NCBI GenBank assembly: GCA_964016885.1
Contig: OZ024745.1
Span: 46,066,001 to 46,130,000 of the forward strand
Direction of reading: 5' to 3'
Length of the DNA stretch: 64,000 nt
DNA from: Eledone cirrhosa
Lineage: Eukaryota
Shown here: piece after piece, positions 53,749 to 64,000 of the stretch
How positions within the stretch are numbered: the stretch's first letter is position 1
How the letters are laid out: each line of letters opens with the position of its first letter
Notes under the pieces: generated by a model
The model's input: the letters and a program-made list of their open reading frames with translations, nothing else
The model's database searches: none
Told to the model about the DNA's origin: nothing
Translations under genes and position numbers: made by a program

Positions 53749-55271
53749 ATTATTATTGATACTATACTATATAAGACGGTGGTTATTATTGATACTATAC
53801 TATATAAGACGGTGGTTATTATTGATACTATACTATATAAGACGGTGGTTATTATTGATACTATACTATATAAGACGGTGGTTATTATTGATACTATACT
53901 ATATAAGACGGTGGTTATTGTTGATACTATACTATATAAGACGGTGGTTATTATTGATACTATACTATATAAGACGCTGGTTATTATTGATACTATACTA
54001 TATAAGACGGTGGTTATTATTGATACTATACTATATAAGACGGTGGTTATTATTGATACTATACTATATAAGACGGTGGTTATTATTGATACTATACTAT
54101 ATAAGACGGTGGTTATTATTGATACTATACTATATAAGACGCTGGTTATTATTGATACTATACTATATAAGACGGTGGTTATTATTGATACTATACTATA
54201 TAAGACGGTGGTTATTATTGATACTATACTATATAAGACGGTGGTTATTATTGATACTATACTATATAAGACGCTGGTTATTATTGATACTATACTATAT
54301 AAGACGGTGGTTATTATTGATACTATACTATATAAGACGCTGGTTATTATTGATACTATACTATATAAGACGGTGGTTATTATTGATACTATACTATATA
54401 AGACGCTGGTTATTATTGATACTATACTATATAAGACGGTGGTTATTATTGATACTATACTATATAAGACGGTGGTTATTATTGATACTATACTATATAA
54501 GACGGTGGTTATTATTGATACTATACTATATAAGACGGTGGTTATTATTGATACTATACTATATAAGACGGTGGTTATTATTGATACTATACTATATAAG
54601 ACGGTGGTTATTATTGATACTATACTATATAAGACGGTGGTTATTATTGATACTATACTATATAAGACGCTGGTTATTATTGATACTATACTATATAAGA
54701 CGGTGGTTATTATTGATACTATACTATATAAGATGGTGGTTATTATTGATACTATACTATATAAGACGGTGGTTATTATTGATACTATACTATATAAGAC
54801 GCTGGTTATTATTGATACTATACTATATAAGACGGTGGTTATTATTGATACTATACTATATAAGACGCTGGTTATTATTGATACTATACTATATAAGACG
54901 GTGGTTATTATTGATACTATACTATATAAGACGGTGGTTATTATTGATACTATACTATATAAGATGCTGGTTATTATTGATACTATACTATATAAGACGG
55001 TGGTTATTATTGATACTATACTATATAAGACGGTGGTTATTATTGATACTATACTATATAAGACGGTGGTTATTATTGATACTATACTATATAAGACGGT
55101 GGTTATTATTGATACTATACTATATAAGACGCTGGTTATTATTGATACTATACTATATAAGACGGTGGTTATTATTGATACTATACTATATAAGACGCTG
55201 GTTATTATTGATACTATACTATATAAGACGCTGGTTATTATTGATACTATACTATATAAGACGGTGGTTAT
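53749..55271. repeat. 33-bp minisatellite (ATTATTGATACTATACTATATAAGACGSTGGTT)n, about 46 copies
   Basis: Read directly; the 512-532-aa ORFs here are artefacts. Confidence 0.97.
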
Positions 55272-55405
55272 CAACTCACCCATTCCCCTCAAATTGCTGG
55301 GCTTGTGCATAAATTAGTAATCACTGGGGTCGATAAAATAAAGTAGCAGTAATACACTGGAATAATTGCTGGCCTTGTGCCTATAGTAGAAACAATTATT
55401 AATAC

Positions 55406-55467
<62 letters not shown>

Positions 55468-55584
55468 GTAAGTTTGTTTTGAAATTAGAAATAGAAGCTT
55501 TCGCCGTATTTTTTTACTAAAGAAATTTTAGCCTGATAGTGGGGTTTAGAACCCTCTAAGAAATGGAAAAAGATTAGTATTGAC

Positions 55585-55653
<69 letters not shown>

Positions 55654-55715
55654 ATTTACATAGAGCACTCTTCATTCCTCTGACTTTTTCAATTTTCAAC
55701 GGAAACTTCAATACT

Positions 55716-55856
<141 letters not shown>

Positions 55857-56656
55857 ACTGTGAGTAAAATTGTAGAAATATTGTACTTGACAAAAAAATT
55901 ATAGCATTTAGTTTCGTTCCTTTATATATTAAAAATTCATATTACACCCATGTCATATTCCCCTTCAGCCTTCCGAGGTTGATAAACACGTACCAGTCAT
56001 GTGCTAAGGTTGTACAAATAATATCCACCTCTCTGTGGACACAGCATGGCTGAATGGTTAAGAAGTTCGCTTCACAATCATTAGGTCCCGTGTTCAATCT
56101 TACAGTATCTTGTACGAGCGTTATTTACTATGGCCTCGAGTCGATTCATGTCATATGAACGAAATTGGGTACCGTGCAGAGCCCGTCAGATAGACTATTA
56201 TTCAAAGGGTCAGCCTTGTCACACACTGTTCCTTTGAATCTCCGTGAGAGTGACGTGAATTGTATACGTGTCTGTGGAAATGTTCAGCGGCTTACACGTT
56301 ACTTTTATGAGCAGACTGTTCCGTTTATTGCACAGTTAGAAAACTAATCGACGAAACCGACGAAAATCCGTTCCCATGGCCACCTCTAAGAATTTTTAGT
56401 GTTGTGCCAGAAGGAGGAAAGTTACCCTCAAACGGTATTTGAAACCAGAACGAAAAAGAACGTAACAAATACTACAAAGCATTTTGTTCGACGCTCTACC
56501 GATTCTGAAAATACCCTGCCCTACCAGTTTTTGTAATGATAATGATTTCTAATTTAGGAATAAGACCGACAATTTTAACTAAATACTGCAAAGTGTTATG
56601 TCCGACGCTCCAACGATTCTACCAATCCACCGCCCCAACACTTTTTATAATGGTAA

Positions 56657-56802
56657 TAATTGTTTCTACTTTAGGCCAAGGCCAGTAATTTGAAGTGCAA
56701 GGGAAATTCAATTATATCGACCCCAGTTCATTACTGGTGCTTTATTTTATCGACCCCGTAAGGATGAAAGGCAAAGTTAACCTCGGCGGGATTTGAACTC
56801 AG
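56657..56802 (-). mobile_element. SINE family A, 5'-truncated long form, among other SINE fragments (56430-56640)
   Basis: Reverse complement match. Confidence 0.8.
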
Positions 56803-57834
56803 TATAATGGTAAATATAATAATAGCATAACTGTTATTGACAGTTGTTAGATAAGGTTATGCCATTTCGAAGTGACTCACTTGTTTGTTAAAACTGTCCA
56901 TTTTAACCACTGAAACTACAAACAAGCCTTCTAACCATCTTCATTAACAGTTTATTTGTTTTCTGTATTAGTTAATCTACTTTACTTTCATCTTATCTGA
57001 CATGTTTTACTAGCCGTCTTATACAAACCACAATTTCAACATGTCTCTTTTCTTCCTTTCTTTGTTTTCCTGTGTTTTACTTCCTTCCCTAAATCCTTAT
57101 TTATTCTCCCTGTTTCTATTTATTTTACAATGTTTACAAGTCTTTATTTTCAAAAAGTATTTGTAATGTAAATACTGGTAATTACAACAAAAATTAATAA
57201 TGCCACTTATATTAGCAGAAAGTGTATAATTGTTTGACATGATTATAACACATTGTATTACAGGTATTTTTGTTCGACTATGGGCTAAATTTGACTTAGA
57301 GACGTAAAGTGATTAACTTGTTCCTGTGAATAATTAACTATGATCCTCTTGCTGTAGTATGCGACATCTTAGTATGTATTACATTAAAGTGCTAATAATA
57401 AATTGTATGCATGTATGGTCCCATAACTCCTGTTTTAGCTGTCTTTCATATAAAAAGAAAGTAACACAACTAATCACATTATATTCTCATTACATAATGG
57501 ATATTTTGACATATTGGTGTCGCTGGTTGTTTCTTTGTTTCTTCGTGGTATTGCTTTCCCCATTTTGTCCGCAGGGTGCAACTGAAATATACCAGCAAGG
57601 CTTGAGTGTAAAATGTTCCACTCCTCCATCTCTTTTACGTAAATTATATAATGCTGTTCTTATTTTTTATTGCAAACATTGTATAATTTAATTCTGATTA
57701 TTAATGTTATCACAATTGTTCAGAGATGTTCAGCCTTCGTGTTCAAAACTTATAAAACAAGTGTATCGGCAGTTACAAATAAAATCATCATACTGCATTT
57801 ATTTACAGTCTTTTGCAATTATTCCTTGCAGGTA

Positions 57835-58070
57835 ATGATGATGATTAAGAAGCAGCCAGGTGTCTTGTCTTTCCAAACTATCTGTATCATTGGAACTTGC
57901 TTTGTTTTTGTGGCATCATTTTCACCACCGGGCTGCCCTTGTCGTTTAAATGTTGCCTATAAATGTCCAGTACTACCAAAGATAGGTTGCGAAATGGTCT
58001 ACGATTACTGCGGCTGTTGTCCACAGTGTGCTCTTGCACTAGGTGACAGATGCCAGGAATTCGGAACTTT
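57835..58070 (+). CDS. Secreted IGFBP-domain protein, first coding exon
   Basis: Acceptor TTCCTTGCAG (57831), ATG, hydrophobic signal-like segment, GCPC..KC..GC..DYCGCCPQCALALGDRC; donor GTAAGT, phase 2. Confidence 0.88.
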
Positions 58071-58127
58071 GTAAGTATGATTGTTTCCTTTTTTTACTCT
58101 CTCTTATTATTTATATCCAATACGATA

Positions 58128-58330
58128 GTGGCCAAGTGGTTAGGATGTTGAACTTACGATCATAATATCATGGGTTCGATTCCTGGCCAAAGTGTGTGTT
58201 GCACTCTTGAGATAAACACTTCATTTCACGTTGCTCCATCATGCCCAGTACCAGCAATAGCTTGTGGTTTAAACCTACGATGAAATGGTGTCCTATCCAG
58301 GACGAGGGAAGGTGCCTTCAGTCGCTTAAT
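58128..58330 (+). mobile_element. Second SINE family copy (intronic)
   Basis: A-box TGGCCAAGTGGT, B-box GGTTCGATTCC, body CTTGAGATAAACACTTCATTTCACGTTGCTCCA. Confidence 0.7.
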
Positions 58331-58556
58331 GTCTGAGGCTATGGTAAATGACACTTGCCCATGAACCCGGAATCTAATGATTGCGAAGCAAATCTCTTAA
58401 CCATTCAGCATGCTGCGTCCACAAAGTAATTATATGAATGATGGGATTAGAAACCTAAAGGTTTTTCTAAAGTAACAAACAAAAGAAATTGAATATATTA
58501 GATTTCATTTCTTTATATTTCCTCATCAAAAAAATATTCTTTTTTTTTTTTTTCAG

Positions 58557-58643
58557 GTGTCAAACTGGATTGATTTGCCTTTGGGATCGTTTTTGGTATG
58601 ACGAACCTCTATCAGGAAAATGTTGGTATAGAGGATATGCTAG
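58557..58643 (+). CDS. IGFBP-domain protein, second coding exon
   Basis: Poly-T/CAG acceptor; phase 2 joins in frame to give CQTGLICLWDRFWYDEPLSGKCWYRGYA, completing 12 Cys; donor GTGAGA. Confidence 0.88.
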
Positions 58644-58763
58644 GTGAGAAATGAATTACATTTTAGTTTGAAAATTGTAACGTGTGCAATGGCAAAAATA
58701 ATAATAGTCGATTGTTAAGTATAATAGTTACTAAAATCAGATAAATTACGCCTTGAGAAGAAA

Positions 58764-58835
58764 GGCATTTGGCGTAGTGGTTAATGCACTCTCTTGGCAT
58801 CCGAGCTATGCGGGGTTCAATTCGTCGCGGGCGCC
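58764..58835 (+). pseudogene. tRNA-like sequence (pseudogene or SINE head)
   Basis: 72 nt with TGGCGTAGTGGTTAATGC D-arm and GGTTCAATTC; acceptor and anticodon stems imperfect. Confidence 0.45.
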
Positions 58836-59314
58836 TCTGTCAACTTTTTTCTGAGACATTCTAACCATATGTTTATAGTATCAGAGTTGGGATCTCTCAA
58901 TTCAGTATACTTAGCTGAAAATGAATACCCGCAGTAACTGGGGGTTAACTCCGCGATGGACTAACTTCCTACCCAGGGACATTCTTATACACTCAGTCGC
59001 TTAATGTCAAGGTAACCAGGATAAGCACCAGTTTGATGAGCCTCCGAGCTTGAAACAGACATTAAGTTGCTTAATTATAGTAATTATGCTTAACTATTGT
59101 AACAATTGTGAACAGAGGAAACAATGATTCTGTTTTCTGTGTATAAGAAATTTGTATAGTTTGTTGTATCAAGTAATTCAAGTTTATCAGAACCCCGTTA
59201 GAATAGTGCATATGTACAATTTAAGTCTATGAGTTTCTCCTATTAAGCATTGAACTTTCAATACCATTCACATTTTACCATCGGCACAGAATATCATGGA
59301 ATTATTATTAATAA

Positions 59315-60115
59315 TTATTTCTAACATTGGCACAAGATCCGCAACTTAGAGGAAGAAGTCGATTATATAGTTGGCATATTATTTTATCGACACCGGAAGG
59401 TTGAGGGATAACGTTGACCTCGGTGGGATTTGATCTCAAAATGTATAAATACTGCAAAATATTTTGCCCGATTCTCTACCGATACTGCCAATCCACCATA
59501 TCAATAGTATTATTTTTTTCTACTTTAGGCTCAGGCTTAAATTTGAGCAAGGAGCAAAGTTTATTAAATCAACTCCAGTTTTTGACTGGTACTTTATTTT
59601 ATCGACCTCCGAGGAATAAAAGGCAACCTTAGCTTCGAAGGGATTTGAACTCAGAAGGTAAAGAAACAGAACAATGACCGCAATAGTATTTTAGGGAAGG
59701 GCAAAGTTGATTAAATCAACCCCATTTCTTGGCAGGTTCTTTATTTTGTCGAACCTGGAAGGATGAGAGGCAAAGTTGACCTCGGTGGGATTTGATCTCA
59801 GAATGTAAAAATGAAAATAAAAAATACTACAAGAACATTTTATCCGATGTTCTAGAAATTCTGTTAATAAGCCACACATAACTGAATTCTTATTAATATT
59901 TGTTCTACTTTTAACACAATGCCAGCAATTTGAAGAAAAGCGGAATGTCGATTAAATTGACAAAAGTGTGTTACTGGTACTTTATTTTATCGATCCTGTA
60001 AGGATAACAGGTAAAACTAACTTCTGCGAGATTTGAACTCAGAACATAGAAAGTCGTAACTAAATACCACAAAGCATGTTGTCTGATGCTCTACCGATAC
60101 TGCCAATTCACCCGA
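59315..60115 (-). mobile_element. Cluster of about 4 diverged SINE A copies (intronic)
   Basis: Repeated GACCTCGGTGGGATTTGA(A/T)CTCA and ACTTTATTTTATCGA motifs. Confidence 0.75.
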
Positions 60116-60286
60116 CTTGATTTAGTTTAATAATAATTATTCATTAAGCTATAAATATTATCAAACATGCTTCGTAGGTTGTTGTTTTTTTCTGGTTTAT
60201 GACATCCAGTCATATAGCTATTAATATCTTTGAAACATATCCCCTAATTTGTTTGTGTGATGTCATGCATAGTTTGTGTATTGCAG

Positions 60287-60524
60287 GCAAAGTTTGTCCA
60301 ATTCTTCGTTGGCAGTGGCGAACAACAAGTTGAACTCGTCAACTGAGCAGCTCAACGAGCCAAAAAATGTCACTGCTGCTACTTCTAGATCTACTTCTCC
60401 CACTGCAGCTCATAATTCATCAGCTAGTGTTCAACCAACTGCCACTGAAACTACCATTATGACAACTAATTTTCCTACTACATCTGCTACTGCAACAAAA
60501 AACTTTCATGAGCATTTCACAAAG
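60287..60524 (+). CDS. IGFBP-domain protein, third coding exon (Ser/Thr-rich, mucin-like)
   Basis: Acceptor TTGCAG, phase-compatible (AG|G = Arg), open RQSLSNSS..TTSATATKNFHEHFTK, donor GTAGGG, phase 0. Confidence 0.75.
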
Positions 60525-61134
60525 GTAGGGTCCTTAATATTTATAGTATTTATCTTCATTACCATCATTATTATAACTAGCAGAAAAACCACCCTACGGG
60601 TGGTTTTCTGCTAGCATGTGTAGTTTGTATATTGATATTATACACAAATATATATATACATGTAGATATGGTACATCAAATAAAATTGAACGAAGTCTAT
60701 GTTACACTGTCTTCTGTAATCAGTAATGTAATCCATGATACATTTTTTAAAAAGACGATATTATATATAAACTGCATTAGGAGAAAATTAGCAATGGAAA
60801 TATATGAGATATTTTTATAAGTGTTATAATATAACAGCCGCTAACCGGAAGTGTTGACATTTGCACATTTTAAAGAAGTGAATTTTAAAGATCTTTAAAT
60901 AAGCTATAAAATATATTTAATCAACAGCCACGAAATTTAGCACATAAATTATGTAATATTCATTCATTATTTATTGAAAATAATCCAACTTATTTTACAA
61001 ACGGGGTAAAAAAATATATTCTGGACGCAATCCCGCACTCCTTTCTTTATTATAGTTAAGATTATTATAAGTAAAAAAAGGTAAAAAGAAAAAAAGTAGA
61101 AACAATTATCATAATTATTATTAACATTATTACA

Positions 61135-61181
<47 letters not shown>

Positions 61182-61200
61182 CATCATCATCATCATTTAC

Positions 61201-61700
61201 CGGGAAGGGCAGGCAGTTTTTATCTGTCTGGTGGCCATGGCGAAAGAGATAGTATGGTGGACACGTTTGAAAGGGCTGAAGACGAGCACTTACCTCTTCG
61301 GTGATGCCCTGATTAACTTTTTCAAATTTCATTTGAAAAGGAAAATCAGGGTAGAGAGGGAAGTGCTCTCTTCCCCGCATTTTGTTGAAAGATGGGTGAG
61401 AGAAGCAAGTATGGCCCGAGTGAATGGGCCTACTCTGAGTATGTGTCTGTAAATTAAAGGTGGAAAACTGGGAGAGGGCACTTGCCCTGGTGGTCAGGGT
61501 CACTGTGGCCTTTTAATGGGCTTTCTCCACAAATGTCCCTCGGAAGTCTCCCCCCTATTGGGGAATTTTTCATTGTTAATTTTTTATTACATCCTCTGTT
61601 TTTCTTTACACGCAGAAATGCCCATTTGTACCGTCCTGTATTGTCCTGTACTGTCCTTAATGTCTACTTTATGTAAACCCTTGTGGTTAATAAAGAAAGC
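61201..61700 (+). mobile_element. ~500-bp 3' fragment of a Tx1-like LINE in an (ATT)n(CAT)n microsatellite
   Basis: REGQAVFICLVAMAKEIVWWTRLKGL..ARVNGPTLSMCL*, 3'UTR with AATAAAGAAA; (ATT)n(CAT)nTTACC on both sides. Confidence 0.88.
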
Positions 61701-63125
61701 AGTATTATTATTATTATTATTATTATCATCATCATCATCATCATTTACCTTTACTTTTATTTGTATGAGCTGCCCCCAAGTGTCAACTAGAAATGTCAAG
61801 AAACAGTAGACTCGTCAGTGTTAAGAGTTGTAACATTATTAAAATAATACAAAAATTTCAGTTTACAGCCTGGGAGTGTGTATTTATGTTTGAGTGCGTG
61901 TATATTTTTAGGTATAGTTTTGTGCCTACATGAAAGAAAATTGTGCAAAATGTGTGAAATACCCAGGAGAATGATATTTTTTTCCTACTCACTTATTTTA
62001 GGGCAGCTAGTAATTTGGGTTGTGTAACTGTTTGCGCCCTTAAATATCATTCCTAGTGCCCCAATTACTATAAGCAATCCGTAGCACTCTCTGGGCATGC
62101 AGCTGTAAGCTAATAAATGATAACTGAAAGGAAGCACTTTTGTTTGATGTATATATTTTTATCTTGTTTAGGCATGGCCGTGTGATTAAATTTATTTCGG
62201 AACTACGAGGTTCTCGGTCCTTTCCCTTCTCCGCAATACTTTGAGCAAGTCGTTTCTACCATAACTGTATTCTACCATTATTATTTTGAGTGGAAGGGCG
62301 ATGAATTGGCAGTATCGGTAGAGCGTCGGACAACATGCTTGGTGGCTTATAGTTATGTCTCTAGGAAGCTCTCGATGAATAAAGTAAACCAACATTTGAG
62401 GAGCCTCTTATTCCGTTCCTATTGCATACTATGGTTTTTATGTCGGTACTTTTTCACAATTGATTTCACCCACCGACCATTTCATTAATTAGCCCTAATG
62501 TCCCCTCAATCGTCTCCCTTGCAGATAATGAAGAACAATCATTATAGCATAATTGTTAGAGCATCGTTCTAAGTTCAAATCCAGCCAATTTCAAATTTGA
62601 CATTCATCTTTCTGGGATCAATAAAACAAAGTACCAACCAAGTACTGGAGACGATATAATCAATTTACCACTCCCTCAAAATGTGTAGCCTTGTGTCTAT
62701 GTTTAATTTTTTGTTGTTTTTTTTTAACAGTAAGGTGGCAGAATTGGTAGTGCATCGGACAAAATATATTGCGGTATTTAATTATGTTCCTTTACATTCT
62801 GGATTAAAATGATGTTGAAGTTCAAAAATAAGTACCAGTCATGTAATGGAATCGATTAAATCGACCATACTGCACTCGCCAAATCTGAAGCCCTCTGTTT
62901 ATGTTAAAATTATAAGTTTTCGATTGTTTTATTTTTCACTGCACAACCTCAGTCTAAAAATTAAAAACGTTAGGTGGTTAGGCGTGATGTTGTTAAATTT
63001 ACTATATAGAGGTGTATTGTTGAAGTGTTATTGATGAGAATAACAGTTTTGTTATACGAATTTCCAGTGTTTTGTTCAGTGGCCTATATGGTGACTTTTA
63101 TGTTTCATATGTTTGTATTTTTCAG

Positions 63126-63200
63126 AAGGCGACGGCGATCCATTACCAATACTCAAAATGGTCGTATTTACTGGGGCGAAATTGGCCGAAAAAAATATAA
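63126..63200 (+). CDS. Candidate terminal exon of the IGFBP-domain gene
   Basis: Acceptor TTTGTATTTTTCAG; phase 0 gives KATAIHYQYSKWSYLLGRNWPKKI*; frame uncertain. Confidence 0.4.
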   Translation, partial: KATAIHYQYSKWSYLLGRNWPKKI

Positions 63201-63951
63201 ACTAGAAGAATATTGAATTCTTTATCAGCCCTGTTTTTGTAATTTCTTATATTAATTTTAACATCATCCGCTATATATTCTTCAACAGCAATATATTAAT
63301 AATATTTATATCGACATATACAATATTCGTTTATTACGTTCATATCGACATCCATACAATGGCTTTGTGCCAGTTAAGACATCGATCCTAGTTCCTTCTA
63401 CTAATACCATTGAAGACAATAAGAAAAATATGAACTTCCAAATACCACGGTCCGATTTCCTTAATTGTGTAGGTCTGCATTTTACGCGAATTTAGATGAA
63501 CATACGCGGTTTAAAAATATTTTTTCAAAATTCAGAAAAGCTGCAAATCTCTTAAGGTCCTGTTTCACTTGAAGTAATAGAAAAAACCTTCTAACTCCTA
63601 TAGCTTTCATTCTTTTCCTGAGTTTTCTCAATCTCTAGAAAACCTGACATTATGCCTCCTTCCACCATCCCTAAAATAAGAAAACTTTGACATACATAGT
63701 TGCCTTTATATAAAATCTTTGAACAGACGCCATTGTTGGATGCAGGCCCCGTAAGGTGTCATTCTAATGTGCTTTTTTTTTTTTCGCTTAGTCAAAGAGA
63801 AACTGGATTTTATATGAGTAGCATCAGTTTATAATCTGTCACCGCACGGTTTTTATCCTAGGTTGATACTTCGTTTCTTTTAGGCCTTTAAATACCTCAT
63901 TTTCTTTTTACATAAATTGTACATAAAATGAAACACACATACACACATACA

Positions 63952-64000
<49 letters not shown>

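Noticed and set aside
53712-55317. Three ORFs of 512-532 aa
   Set aside because: Consequence of a stop-free 33-bp tandem repeat; no coding evidence
58764-58835. Functional tRNA gene
   Set aside because: Acceptor, anticodon and T stems are mismatched; kept only as a tRNA-like remnant

Overview
AT-rich, microsatellite-dense eukaryotic DNA. It is probably from an invertebrate, and the repeat landscape is reminiscent of an octopus/cephalopod genome (inference only). About 30 copies of one tRNA-derived SINE family are scattered through it. A cluster of L1/Tx1-clade LINEs includes one copy with an intact 1145-aa APE-RT-zinc finger ORF2, inserted in a (CTAT)/(CT) microsatellite with a 17-bp TSD. 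There are also remnants of RTE, Penelope-like (PLE) and Ty3/Gypsy elements and several tandem repeats. One spliced host gene lies at 57.8-63.2 kb and encodes a secreted 12-Cys IGFBP-domain protein with a Ser/Thr-rich tail. The most striking unexplained structure is a set of short fold-back (palindromic) elements, mostly flanked by (TA)n. They carry minimal type I hammerhead ribozyme motifs from several unrelated sequence families, one with a U3-A8 compensatory core. Most ORFs in the supplied track are microsatellite artefacts. Coordinates and alignments were made by eye.
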